Shown one piece after another: positions 26,360-36,718 of a stretch of DNA of 64,000 nucleotides (within the stretch, counting starts at the first letter, position 1; every line of letters starts with the position of its first letter). This DNA comes from a virus (Duplodnaviria; Caudoviricetes): the IMG/VR virus record IMGVR_UViG_2907388146_000002, positions 1-64,000 of that record; one strand, 5' to 3'. Position numbers and translations under genes: made by a program. The notes under the pieces are model-generated. The model was not told the origin of the DNA. It did not search any database and worked only from the letters and a program-made list of their open reading frames with translations.

Positions 26360-29300
26360 TTATAATAAAGTTTCTTGGTCTTCTGTCGCAGTTTTCCTTT
26401 TTTTCCTTTGCCTTACAATATCACCAACTGTATCCAGGTTTTCTTCTACAGAAGAAATTCGTTGAGTATCTGAATCGAATGGTTTCTCCCAGTTTTTTTG
26501 AAGTTTCATTTCTCTGAAAAAATCATCAAACGCGTTATAAATTCGAATCCTGTCATCTCCTTGAGGATAGGCAAGTCCTCTAAACTCATCATCCGTCAAC
26601 GAATCCGGATCGCTAATAGTGTTAGGGGCGACCAGATAATTGTTTTTCATCCCCTTCGCTTTCATTTTGTCTTCAGCGTAAGATTCAAAAGCCCTTGCGA
26701 ATAGTTCACGCGGTTTTGACCAATATTGTGATCCAATCTTTAGTGAGGAAATATAGTAGTTTGAATCTTTTCCTGAAGGTGATTTTCGAATAGCGTTCAT
26801 CAAAACTTGAGCCGAGTCCCCCAATGACCCTTGAAAATCTTCGCTCACGTAATGACTTCCACTTCGATTGGATTCTTTACCCGTAGATAGGTGATCTAAA
26901 AAATGCCCGAATTCATGAGCAAAAGTTCCGTCTCCTTTTTTCTTTGTTAGATTGATGATTCGGTATCCTGATTCATAATGAGCCATTGCCTTTCCAATAC
27001 CGCGAGCTCCAAAAGACATGCTTAAATTTCCTTCATGGATCGCTTTAGACAGATCCATTTCTAAAACGTCTTCTAAATCTTTTAAAGCACATACGAAACG
27101 AGTAATATGTTCTCGGGAAGTTCGATCATCCATATAATTTCCAAATTGTACGGATTTAAAACCCCAATCTGTAGTCAATCGATCAGATGCAATTTCATCG
27201 GTTTTAACAATACGTCCATTGGCACGTATGAGCTTTGGAAGTAGTGAACCTCCATGAATTTCATATCCGGATCCCTTTGCACCGGTTGAACGTTTTTTAT
27301 CCAACCAATTCCAATTTTCTTTCCTTACTTGATTCTTTGGATCTTTTACCCACTCTTCGCGGGAACGGGGTTCTTTGATATGAATCGCATGAGCATAATT
27401 TTTTTCTGCAAACTCTCTTCTACCTATAGCATTTTGAAAACGTTTACGAAAATAATCTTCAAAGGTTGGATATTCTTTTTTCACACGCTCGATATATTCT
27501 TTATCTTCGCGTAGGAAATTAATACGATACTTTTCATACTGTGCCTTTGCTTCTAGTTCTCCAAGTGGTTCAAAAAGCATTGCATCATTCCAAGTATTTT
27601 TTCCAGGATCGGTTCTTCTCCGGAGAAGATTAATCAGTTTGTCACCAAATACAGTAGAATGCACGATCAAGTTGGGGTCGTTATCGAAACGGTAGGAAGG
27701 TTTCTTTAAAAAAACCTTAATTTCTTTATGAAAATCATAAGAATTATTCAGTGTTCCATTTAGGACTTTATCAACTAATACCTCGGAGCCAGGGATAATT
27801 TCAGCAAAGAGTTTTTGGTATTCTTCCCTGAAAGCGTCTTTTTCGTTTTCGGTAATTCCGTTTAATTTTGATTTAAGAGAATTCATCACCGCTTCAAACT
27901 TATTCCTTAATTCGTAGGGACTAATCTCAACAAAATTCAAAGCATAACTTTGTATTTCATTGATGGTTTTGGCATTCAAAATGGGTGCCATAATTTTCTC
28001 TAAATTTTTTACATATTGTTCCCGTGCAAAAGGAGAATCAGCCGGTTTAGATGCTATTGCCTCATAAAGTTTTGCTTTTAAATAGGTAAGCCCTGCACTT
28101 TCCCCTTTTTCTTTACTTTCCCGTGCGTTGAATGGAGCTATTATTTGATCTTTCTTTACGACTCGTTCGGCTGTTACAAAATCCATATTTGAAATATCCG
28201 AGTAGGAAAGTAATTTTGAAAGTGCAGCTCTTTCTTTCTTCGAACCTACTACGCGAGTATTTGAATCTTTAAATTGCTTGTTTTTTTCCTTATCATCTAA
28301 TATTTCAGAAACGGAATTGAAGGACTTTCGTTTTACGGACTTTACCGTTTCTTTTATAATTGAAGTATTTGATTGCGGTGGGATAGCATTTCTTTTATCC
28401 AAAATTCCTTGAATTCCCACTTCAGCGATATGTTCACCGACCGCATTCTGATTTCCTTTCATCGCCTCAGAACGAACATTTGGATCGGCGGGCTTTACTT
28501 TTTTTCCGTAATCTTCCGGCTCTGAAAAATATTTCTGAAAAAGGCGTTTTGATCTTATACCTTGATCGATCGCTTCTGTTTTCGTTTTAAATCGAACTGG
28601 CCAGTCTTCTAATTTATCCCCATCAGTTGGAAATTTTAAAGTCCAATCATTCGAATTACTCGCAACTCCCCTATTGGAAACATTTAGCCCCGGTTGGTAG
28701 TTATCAACGAAGGTGCGTGAGATTCCTCCAGACATATTTTTATGATACAATGTATCATCTGTATTCTTGGTAAGAGTAACTAAGCGAGTAGAGACTCCGG
28801 TTTGTCTGAAAGAATCTTTTCCAGTAAAAGAACCTTCCGGTAACTTTTCAGACAATCCTCCTTTCTCAGTAAGCCACTCTCGAAAATCCTGTGACCGAAT
28901 GTCCCCCCGAAAAAATGGACCTTCAGACATGATTGCAACGAGTTTTCCGCCGGGTTTGAGTAGAGCATAGGCGTGTTGTACATGACGAATATCTAATCCT
29001 TTCTCGAACGGAGGATTCATGAGAATACGGTCATATCTTCTATCCACAAAATCTAAAAAATCGTCCGCAACAATCGTATATCCTTTTGCTTGCAGAATGT
29101 TCTTTAAGGAAAACACAGGCTCGATCGTATCAGGATGAATTCCTGTCTCTTCCGAGATTACTTCCGCTAAGTCTCCTTTTCCGGCGGAGGGTTCAAGAAT
29201 GTCCATTCCAGGCTGAATATCAGCTTCCAATATTAATCTTTGAGCGAGCGGTTTTGGAGTTGGAAAGAACCCTGGGATCTTACTTCCGATTAGTTTCCTT

Positions 29301-31114
29301 TCCATATTCCGAATTTCAATTTTCTTCGGATCGGGTCCGTCGCTTTTGTTTTTTGCAATGAGGGTGCGTAGGTACTGACCGGCTTCATGAACTTGTTCAA
29401 AAGTATTTAGTCCTAGCCGAAGGACAGCTAACGATCTTTCGGCATAGTTTGAATAAGGATTTCCTTTAAAATATAACTCATAAAGTTTATCTTTTATAAT
29501 TACGGGATTTTTTGTATTTGATTTAGCCGGACGGGCATAAAGACACTGTTCAATTTTATTAAATTTATCCATGAGTCTTTTCAAAGACTCAACTTCTTCC
29601 AAATTAGAGGATTCGATAAATTCAGCTTCACTCGATCCGATTGTTTTTTGAAGCTTACTTGCTTCTTTTAATTCAGTCTTTGAAATCAGTCCGTTTTTGT
29701 ATGCCCAGGTCAGATTGTGACTGTATATTTTGTTACTACTCGAAACAGTAATGTGATCCGTTTCATTTTCATAAATAAATCTTGGTTCCAGTTTTCGAAA
29801 CCATACAGATAATTTCTCGGTGAGTGGTTTTTGAGATTGTGTATCTCGATTTATCCTTTGATTGTCTAGTGAATGAGATGCATTGAGAATTTGTTCAATG
29901 TCTTTTTTACTTTTTATTTTTTTGAGATTTTCGGGAAAAGTCCCTAAATCTATCTCATCCGCGATTCCTCGTAATGCAGATTGAATATCTCGCATTTTCT
30001 TGGAATCTTCATACATAGCATCCGCAATTCTTGCTCTACGATAAGTTACATTTTGTCTTGAAATGGGTGGGCTTTCTTTGTTACGAATCGATTCTTCCAT
30101 CGAATCTGCTAAGTTTCTAAATTTTGCGGATAGGACTGCGCGTTTTACTGGCGAGGTATCATCAATTGGTTTTGTTTTGATTTTCGCGTTGTAGTTGAGG
30201 AGAGATTCAGTTATATAGTTTCGAATAATTTTTAAAACAATCGAAGGTTCTTTTTCAACAAGTTTCGAAAGAGCTTCGTTTATCTTTGCCGAAATTGCGG
30301 GAGGAATGAGTTTTTTCTCTACGGATTCTTTAAGGCTTTCAACGTATAGACTGTCTTCAGGATTTAATTCAGAGTCCTGTAATTGAACGACAATTCCAGA
30401 GAGCGAATCCGAAGTGAGTTTTGAAGTTTTGGGTTCCTTAACGTCGTGTTCGCCAGCCGCATTTTCATTTCCAAGCATGGCCTCGGAAAGTGATCTTTTT
30501 GTTTCTTGAACTTTTGAAGAAATTAAGAAACGAATGATCTTATTTACGTTTTCAGAGGAGATACTGACAAACTTGTAAGAAATGTTTAAGAGACTATTTA
30601 GGTTATTTTCCCCCTTATAAGCAAGATCCACGAACTCACTGGCTCTTTTGTCGAGACCCGCGTCTAAAAGCGAATTTTTTACCTGTGTGATAAAATCCCC
30701 TAAGTCACGAATCGATTCAGGGAAGTAGTTTGGTTTGTAATTTTGGTTTAGGAATTTTCTTTCTGTCTTCGGTGCAATATTGAAAAGATTCGGTTCCGAT
30801 GAGAGGGTTTGTTTTTTTGGTTTTTGTGCTTCTTCTGAAATGAGGGTGAACGGATTTTCTTCGATTGATGGCGGTTCGTTATTTTTGTTCGTTTCCTTAG
30901 GAGAATGTTCAATCTTCTTTACCGTTTCTGCAATTAGCTTGGAAGCTCGTGCTTGCGAAGGCGATTTAATCATCGCCCAGGCCCCCGGTTCTCCGGAAGG
31001 TTTCACCTTTCGCCAAACAGAACCGTCGGCATGAGTCGAAGGCCAACCGACCGGCATTTCTTTCGTTTTTAAGACTTGTAATGTGGATTTAACAACTTCG
31101 CGGATAGACGACAT
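26360..31114 (-). CDS. Large polyvalent protein (DarB-like): adenine MTase plus zincin/LPD1-like C-terminus
   Basis: FFPTP...ILEPSAGKG...MNPPF MTase motifs; VQFGNY, FAHEFGHFLDH (HExxH), YWSKPRELFARAFESY. Confidence 0.8.
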   Translation of the reverse strand: MSSIREVVKSTLQVLKTKEMPVGWPSTHADGSVWRKVKPSGEPGAWAMIKSPSQARASKLIAETVKKIEHSPKETNKNNEPPSIEENPFTLISEEAQKPKKQTLSSEPNLFNIAPKTERKFLNQNYKPNYFPESIRDLGDFITQVKNSLLDAGLDKRASEFVDLAYKGENNLNSLLNISYKFVSISSENVNKIIRFLISSKVQETKRSLSEAMLGNENAAGEHDVKEPKTSKLTSDSLSGIVVQLQDSELNPEDSLYVESLKESVEKKLIPPAISAKINEALSKLVEKEPSIVLKIIRNYITESLLNYNAKIKTKPIDDTSPVKRAVLSAKFRNLADSMEESIRNKESPPISRQNVTYRRARIADAMYEDSKKMRDIQSALRGIADEIDLGTFPENLKKIKSKKDIEQILNASHSLDNQRINRDTQSQKPLTEKLSVWFRKLEPRFIYENETDHITVSSSNKIYSHNLTWAYKNGLISKTELKEASKLQKTIGSSEAEFIESSNLEEVESLKRLMDKFNKIEQCLYARPAKSNTKNPVIIKDKLYELYFKGNPYSNYAERSLAVLRLGLNTFEQVHEAGQYLRTLIAKNKSDGPDPKKIEIRNMERKLIGSKIPGFFPTPKPLAQRLILEADIQPGMDILEPSAGKGDLAEVISEETGIHPDTIEPVFSLKNILQAKGYTIVADDFLDFVDRRYDRILMNPPFEKGLDIRHVQHAYALLKPGGKLVAIMSEGPFFRGDIRSQDFREWLTEKGGLSEKLPEGSFTGKDSFRQTGVSTRLVTLTKNTDDTLYHKNMSGGISRTFVDNYQPGLNVSNRGVASNSNDWTLKFPTDGDKLEDWPVRFKTKTEAIDQGIRSKRLFQKYFSEPEDYGKKVKPADPNVRSEAMKGNQNAVGEHIAEVGIQGILDKRNAIPPQSNTSIIKETVKSVKRKSFNSVSEILDDKEKNKQFKDSNTRVVGSKKERAALSKLLSYSDISNMDFVTAERVVKKDQIIAPFNARESKEKGESAGLTYLKAKLYEAIASKPADSPFAREQYVKNLEKIMAPILNAKTINEIQSYALNFVEISPYELRNKFEAVMNSLKSKLNGITENEKDAFREEYQKLFAEIIPGSEVLVDKVLNGTLNNSYDFHKEIKVFLKKPSYRFDNDPNLIVHSTVFGDKLINLLRRRTDPGKNTWNDAMLFEPLGELEAKAQYEKYRINFLREDKEYIERVKKEYPTFEDYFRKRFQNAIGRREFAEKNYAHAIHIKEPRSREEWVKDPKNQVRKENWNWLDKKRSTGAKGSGYEIHGGSLLPKLIRANGRIVKTDEIASDRLTTDWGFKSVQFGNYMDDRTSREHITRFVCALKDLEDVLEMDLSKAIHEGNLSMSFGARGIGKAMAHYESGYRIINLTKKKGDGTFAHEFGHFLDHLSTGKESNRSGSHYVSEDFQGSLGDSAQVLMNAIRKSPSGKDSNYYISSLKIGSQYWSKPRELFARAFESYAEDKMKAKGMKNNYLVAPNTISDPDSLTDDEFRGLAYPQGDDRIRIYNAFDDFFREMKLQKNWEKPFDSDTQRISSVEENLDTVGDIVRQRKKRKTATEDQETLL

Positions 31115-31124
31115 TCTACCCGAA

Positions 31125-31150
31125 AGTATGAAAGGATAGAGTCTATCGGA
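31125..31150 (-). promoter_or_regulatory. Putative late promoter (polyvalent protein)
   Basis: TCCGAT-N14-CATACT, 10 nt to ATG. Confidence 0.6.
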
Positions 31151-31193
31151 GTTTGATTTTCAAGTTTGAGAATTCAAAATGGTTTTCAATCTC

Positions 31194-32762
31194 TCACTCA
31201 GTATATGCAGAGGAAGACGTGGGACTCCATTTGAAAGATACGTTTGTATTTGCTTTCGCTTGACCCGGAGAGAACTCATCGATTACGTCTGTTATATATC
31301 CAAACTCACTGATCTCGTCTTCCGGCATGGGATATTTTTTAGAAGCGTCCATTACGATTCGAAATGGCATTCCCGGACGTAAGGGAATAAAGGGAAGATC
31401 AAAAGAACCACTGGCTATTTTTAGTTCCTCGATATCACAGAAAATACTAAAGAGCATATCGCGGATTATAGCGAGTTCCCCTTTGTAGTTTTCTTTGTTT
31501 GCCTCGTTTAAATTTTCTTCTTTAAAAACGAGACCAGCCATCTTTACGTGAAGGAGTTTCGGGCCAAAAATAGAACGAAGTCTGTCTTCGTATTTCGGTT
31601 CAGAAAGAACAGTTCCAAATTGTTGAAACGTATTTTGAATTACATGAACTCCGGCGATAATGGAGTCTTCTGAATCCTCGATTCGATAGTTCTTTAGATC
31701 ATCAAAGACTAAATAATAACAAGCGTCAATGTTCGACGTTTTTAAATCCCGGTATTTCCCATCCTTTCCAAACATATAGAATGGAGTTGGCCTGAATACT
31801 ACCTTGGCTTCTTTTCTTCCTACTTCGTATTCCTCAATCGAAGTGGATCCAAAGTCTCCGAATGAGACTCCTTTTCCATACAGTCCGTCGATTTGAAACG
31901 TTTGGAGTGGATCCACAAACAATTCATATAATGGTTCGGAAACATATGATCTTAGAATCTCCCAAAAGTTGACATACGAGCCGATCGAAAAGCTCGACAA
32001 CACTTGTGATTCGTATGTAAAAAATTCCGTGTATGCTTTTTTGGGAAGATGGATCGTTAAAATAGAATCAGGATCGTTTTCTGAAGTCGGGGAAAGTACA
32101 GGATGATCTGCATACCGGGAAATGTTCATCAATGTACAAAAAAATTCATCCCAAAAGTTTTTGATTAAATCGGATAACTGACCCTGCAAAAATACTTTCG
32201 TAGCTTTTGTGATAACTCCTGCATACGATTCTTGGGTCCGAGTGTGTGGCTCTCCTTCTGTTCTTTGATAGTCGATAAAAAAGTCGGTGTCGGAAAGAAG
32301 GGTTTCAATCGGTGAAATAGTGACGCTTACAAAACTTTTTCCATCTGCCGAATATTCTCTGGTCGAAGATTTTACCTTCCCAACGTTTAACTTGTTAAAC
32401 CTACTTTCTTCTGATTTGTCGGATCCGTTATCGTAATAAATAAAAACGATACTCCGAACCGGGAATATATCTCTGAATCTTAAAAATTCTCCCTCTTTGA
32501 TTTGAGACAAAGGAAGAGGAGTATCTGCATTGCGTTGAACGAAGTATCCTTCTTGGTACGGAATAGAAAGCGTGATTCCTCCCCTTTGTGCGGAGATGGA
32601 ACGATGAGATTTGATCGTCGTAACGTGTTCTACTGGAAAGAAAATATTACTAGCTGATCCAGGCAAATGGACCTCGATCGCAAACGATTTCGGTGGAAGA
32701 CCAATGTCTCTACGCTCTGTGATTATTTCTACTTTGTCCGGATCGGAAGCTTGAGTCGGCAC
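31194..32762 (-). CDS. Putative baseplate hub protein
   Basis: 522 aa next to the spike gene; ELFVDP, VVFRPTPF, LRPGMPF patterns. Confidence 0.55.
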   Translation of the reverse strand: MPTQASDPDKVEIITERRDIGLPPKSFAIEVHLPGSASNIFFPVEHVTTIKSHRSISAQRGGITLSIPYQEGYFVQRNADTPLPLSQIKEGEFLRFRDIFPVRSIVFIYYDNGSDKSEESRFNKLNVGKVKSSTREYSADGKSFVSVTISPIETLLSDTDFFIDYQRTEGEPHTRTQESYAGVITKATKVFLQGQLSDLIKNFWDEFFCTLMNISRYADHPVLSPTSENDPDSILTIHLPKKAYTEFFTYESQVLSSFSIGSYVNFWEILRSYVSEPLYELFVDPLQTFQIDGLYGKGVSFGDFGSTSIEEYEVGRKEAKVVFRPTPFYMFGKDGKYRDLKTSNIDACYYLVFDDLKNYRIEDSEDSIIAGVHVIQNTFQQFGTVLSEPKYEDRLRSIFGPKLLHVKMAGLVFKEENLNEANKENYKGELAIIRDMLFSIFCDIEELKIASGSFDLPFIPLRPGMPFRIVMDASKKYPMPEDEISEFGYITDVIDEFSPGQAKANTNVSFKWSPTSSSAYTE

Positions 32763-32769
32763 AAAGTAA

Positions 32770-32795
32770 ATCGTAACGGATTAGGTCATATCGGA
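32770..32795 (-). promoter_or_regulatory. Putative late promoter (hub)
   Basis: TCCGAT-N14-TACGAT, 7 nt to GTG. Confidence 0.6.
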
Positions 32796-33505
32796 GGGCT
32801 AGTCTTTGTAGGAGGCAATGGACCAGGGTTATAAAGATGATCGTGTTCTTTTAAAGAGGTTCCTGCCGCGACAACATCGACATCGGAAATAATCTTTTCG
32901 GTAGCTTCGACTTTTCCAGTTATATCCAAGTCCCCTTCAAAGGTCGTTTTCCCTACGATTTTAGTATCACCGTTAATTTGAACTTTAGAATTTATCTCCA
33001 CGTCTTCGAAAGTGAGAGTTGCTTTTTTAGATGTAAAATCAAGTTCCAAAACGACTTCTTGTAAGTCATTGTAAACTTCAATTTTATTCGTAGTTTGACG
33101 AACCGCGTAGCCAGACTCGTGAAAATCAATTATGTCTGTCTCCGGATCGATAAAAGAAAATTTATTCCAGAAATCCTGAATATTAGTTAAGTCGGAATCC
33201 TTCGTAGAAAAAGGAAAAACTTGAGTGATTATTGGAGCGCGAAAAGAACCTCCAATAAACTCAAGCAACACGAGCTGATTTTTTTTAAGACCAAAGGTTC
33301 TTCCATGTGCATTTCCGCCTTGTTTCAAAGCAGGTCCGAAGTATCGCACTTTCTGAAATGGTTCGCCAAATGTAGTCAAAACATTTACACGAAACCGAGG
33401 AAGTACATCGGTAACGGTTGCAAGCGTCGGAGGAGTCATCCTCGCGTCCGGAGACTGTGGTTTTTCCTGCCAGTCAAACGGATCGTTAGTAAAAGATCCT
33501 CTCAT
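32786..33505 (-). CDS. Baseplate spike (P2 gpV / Mu gp45-like)
   Basis: OB-fold-like N-terminus, beta-helix repeats (INGDTKIVG..TFEGDLDITG), terminal SLKEHDH iron-binding HxH. Confidence 0.82.
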   Translation of the reverse strand: MRGSFTNDPFDWQEKPQSPDARMTPPTLATVTDVLPRFRVNVLTTFGEPFQKVRYFGPALKQGGNAHGRTFGLKKNQLVLLEFIGGSFRAPIITQVFPFSTKDSDLTNIQDFWNKFSFIDPETDIIDFHESGYAVRQTTNKIEVYNDLQEVVLELDFTSKKATLTFEDVEINSKVQINGDTKIVGKTTFEGDLDITGKVEATEKIISDVDVVAAGTSLKEHDHLYNPGPLPPTKTSPPI

Positions 33506-35451
33506 GTCGAAATGATATTACTTCCGCCTGAAATCGATTCTAAATAAAAGCGAAATAAAATCTTGTCCCCGTCTTGTAACACTCCCAGAAAGCGAGCGTC
33601 ATTCACTTTTGGATCCGACTTAAACTGTCGTATTAACTGTTGGATAGATCCCTTACTAATTATTTCATCAAGAGTTTCTCCCCAAACGATCGGATTTCCA
33701 AGCTCCGGACTTCCCGGAATCGATCCGATTACTATATCAATGTGATCCAGCTTCTCATTCACGAGAGCCTCATCACCTTCCACAATTGCCAAATCACCCG
33801 TCGGCGAAACATCAATCCCTCGGTTTTCAGTGAGTTTTATATCGCATCCAAGAAGTGCGATTTCTAAATCTTTAGGCGTTGGATTGTCCGGCAAGACCGT
33901 AAACACATTTGTCTTTGTCCCAAAGGGGATTTTAATCGCACGCCTTGCAAGAATGGTAGTTTCATGTTGCCCGTTATAAAGCGCGAGAGCTTGTCCTAAA
34001 GTCGCATCTCCTAATTTTTTTTCAGCGACCTGTTCCCAAGTATCACCCGATGAAACATAATGAATGGAAAATTCATTGTCTACGGCCGCCTGATTGATTG
34101 CGCTTTGTGTTTCTAAAAGAATCTGATTTGCCGTCAGCGCAAACTGGTAAACGTCGTTATCAATCCAAGCACTCAAGTCCGCGTTTGGTTGCAGAGACAT
34201 TGATTCATACGACCCTCCAGTCTGAACCGGAATCGTAAATTGAGCGACGAGAGAAATCAAAGCACTACAATCCGTAGACGCTTTTTCTAAACTTTGTCTG
34301 AAATCTGCTTCGTTCGAGCGTGACTTCCTGTATGCGTCGTCAATTCTTTGTGAAATTTCCTCCGCATTAAATCCGCGTTTTTTTGATTTGATCCCAAGAT
34401 CAGCTTTGGCACTTTCAAAAGTTTTACGTGCTAATTTTCCTTGTACGTTAAATTGATCTTTCATCCGATCCCAGGAAGAAAGGAGTCTTTTGGAAGAACT
34501 TGCAAAAACTTGAACACCTCGCGCGACTCCAAGAAGCGCACCCGATAACTGCAAAGGAAGATTTACGATATTTTCTAACTCGTTCATGAGTCCTGAAATG
34601 GTTCGAAACGGATTGAAGTTACTCCGGATGAGCTGACTCGTAATTGAAGAATCAAGTTCACGTACAACAACCAGATTCAAAGAATATTTATACGTGTTTG
34701 TATCGGAGACGGAACGAGTGATCGTAAAACCACTGGAAGGAACGACGACCTCAACGGTTCGGTTTCTGTCATAGTCTCGAAAAACCATCGCGTGACTTTT
34801 CCAAGTAAGGCGTCTTTCTCTAAAGAGTTTTGCAATCTTTGACCCTTGAGGATCGTTCGACGTATATTGTACCGGGTCAAGACTTCTAGAATAGTGCAGA
34901 ATGAACATAAAATCCTGGAATTCTTGCAATCCCGATCGAAAGTCCCCTCCTCCGAGGCTTAGATAACTGCTTCTGATTTTATCATAATAGCTACTTACAG
35001 AATTCGAAACGATACTTTTAGCGGCGGAGAATGCAGACTGAATAAAACCCGCACCTGTATCTCCCGGAATTGCAGACCTGGGTTTTGCAGGAAGTCCCAG
35101 ATGGTAAATGTGGAATTCGCCTTCCAATTTAATTTCATGGTTGTCCGGTCCATAGTCAACGACCACGACTCCTCCGAAAGTTTTTTCAATTCCAACGCGA
35201 TATTTAAAATTCTCCGTATATTGGAGCGGACCATTTACAAAAAAATATTCATTCGAAACGACATTCCCATCCGTGAGATTATAGGAACCGTTGTTTTGTT
35301 TTTCATAAAATGAAAGAGAGAAAACGTTCTGCGGTTGGTAAGTCGGTGCTAAACTTCCGGTAAATGCACCGCCTGTTACAGAATTAAAAGCAGACTTCGC
35401 ACCATCTACTACACTCCCACCGAACCCAGAAACCGAATCGAGAACTCCCAT
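33502..35451 (-). CDS. Baseplate/tail-initiator protein with LysM-like and gp25-like C-terminal regions
   Basis: HYVSSGDTWEQVAEKKLGD LysM-like; TGDLAIVEGDEAL...QFKSDPKV wedge-like segment. Confidence 0.6.
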   Translation of the reverse strand: MGVLDSVSGFGGSVVDGAKSAFNSVTGGAFTGSLAPTYQPQNVFSLSFYEKQNNGSYNLTDGNVVSNEYFFVNGPLQYTENFKYRVGIEKTFGGVVVVDYGPDNHEIKLEGEFHIYHLGLPAKPRSAIPGDTGAGFIQSAFSAAKSIVSNSVSSYYDKIRSSYLSLGGGDFRSGLQEFQDFMFILHYSRSLDPVQYTSNDPQGSKIAKLFRERRLTWKSHAMVFRDYDRNRTVEVVVPSSGFTITRSVSDTNTYKYSLNLVVVRELDSSITSQLIRSNFNPFRTISGLMNELENIVNLPLQLSGALLGVARGVQVFASSSKRLLSSWDRMKDQFNVQGKLARKTFESAKADLGIKSKKRGFNAEEISQRIDDAYRKSRSNEADFRQSLEKASTDCSALISLVAQFTIPVQTGGSYESMSLQPNADLSAWIDNDVYQFALTANQILLETQSAINQAAVDNEFSIHYVSSGDTWEQVAEKKLGDATLGQALALYNGQHETTILARRAIKIPFGTKTNVFTVLPDNPTPKDLEIALLGCDIKLTENRGIDVSPTGDLAIVEGDEALVNEKLDHIDIVIGSIPGSPELGNPIVWGETLDEIISKGSIQQLIRQFKSDPKVNDARFLGVLQDGDKILFRFYLESISGGSNIIST

Positions 35452-35459
35452 AGCTTGGA

Positions 35460-35485
35460 AGAATAAATTTTTTCACCCTATCGGA
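35460..35485 (-). promoter_or_regulatory. Putative late promoter (leftward of a divergent pair)
   Basis: TCCGAT-N14-TATTCT, 8 nt to ATG. Confidence 0.65.
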
Positions 35486-35487
35486 TG

Positions 35488-35513
35488 TCCGATTTTTGAA
35501 ATCGAATTACGTT
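35488..35513 (+). promoter_or_regulatory. Putative late promoter (rightward of a divergent pair)
   Basis: TCCGAT-N14-TACGTT, 7 nt to ATG; back-to-back with the leftward copy. Confidence 0.65.
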
Positions 35514-35520
35514 TTCAGGA

Positions 35521-36717
35521 ATGGGAGCTCCCGCACCTTACATTCCAAAAACGGCACTCGAATACAAGACAGCGCAACAAAATAGCCTACTCGCTAGTGG
35601 CTCTCGGTTATCAAACTTCAGTCCTGGATCCAGGATCTCAACTTGGATTGCGACCATTGCCTCAGTTCTCGCAGAGGGTGACGTAAGAACTCTGAACGGA
35701 TTTGATTATTCGATCAGGGAAGGAGTATATAACGCATTCGGTTTTACGAGGTTGCCAGGTTTAAAGGCGATCGGAATTCTTCGAATCGATCACTCAGGCC
35801 ACACAACACCCGTAAACATTGGAATCTTCACACTCGACCTCTTCGGTCTTATATACGAATCTATCGCACCCATTACGATTCCAGTTGGTGAAACCTCCGT
35901 TGAAATCGAAATCAGAGCTAAGAACCCAGGGAAAGATTATAACATTACCCGGCTTTCCATTGATACACAAGAGGGACTTGGTTCTGTAAATGTACAAGTT
36001 CCACCGAATACGAGGATCTGGAATCCAAGTGATTTCGCGGGTGGAACCAATATTGAAAGCGAAGAAAATAGACTCCGTCGTTTTCGCAATTTTATCGTTT
36101 CACTGGGTCGTTCCACTCCTCTTGGAATCTATACAGCAGCGACCTCGATTCCTGGAGTGGCTGGAATTCAACTTACGACGAACGTAAATCCGTACTCCGG
36201 AGCGTTTGAAATTGGTTGGATCAATCTTTATATCTCCGACGGAACTTCTAATCCTCCTCAAAGTCTTCTGGATTTTGTCCAGAAAACGATTGAAGGAGAT
36301 TTGTCAGATCCAGAGAACTTTCCGGGCTTTGCGGCTGCCGGAACATTTGTTGCAGTTTTTAGAATTCCTGTTCTTGGAATTACAGTTAAGTTTGAACTTC
36401 AAATTCAAAACGGATCTCAACTTTCAAACGAACAAGCCTTAGATATCGCACAAAACCAGCTCACACTTTATTTAAACACCTTACCCGTTGGCTTCGATGT
36501 TTTGTTAAAACAAATCGAGGGAACGATTCTCAAAGCTCATCCTGATTTTTACAAAGTAAACATCACCGAGTTTTATGGAAAACTCGCATCCGATCCGATA
36601 CCATCCCCTCTCCCACCTCCAAGTGATATTTCAGTTCCCTCTGTGGATCTTCCAAGAACCGGCGGAACTTCCGGAGGAATCATTTCAGGATCCGTAACTC
36701 GTGTGGAGCCGTCTTAA
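35521..36717 (+). CDS. Baseplate J-like wedge protein
   Basis: NFSPGSRI, AFGFTRLPG, FAGGTNIESEENRLRRF, GWINLYISDG patterns. Confidence 0.85.
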   Translation: MGAPAPYIPKTALEYKTAQQNSLLASGSRLSNFSPGSRISTWIATIASVLAEGDVRTLNGFDYSIREGVYNAFGFTRLPGLKAIGILRIDHSGHTTPVNIGIFTLDLFGLIYESIAPITIPVGETSVEIEIRAKNPGKDYNITRLSIDTQEGLGSVNVQVPPNTRIWNPSDFAGGTNIESEENRLRRFRNFIVSLGRSTPLGIYTAATSIPGVAGIQLTTNVNPYSGAFEIGWINLYISDGTSNPPQSLLDFVQKTIEGDLSDPENFPGFAAAGTFVAVFRIPVLGITVKFELQIQNGSQLSNEQALDIAQNQLTLYLNTLPVGFDVLLKQIEGTILKAHPDFYKVNITEFYGKLASDPIPSPLPPPSDISVPSVDLPRTGGTSGGIISGSVTRVEPS

Positions 36718-36718
36718 T

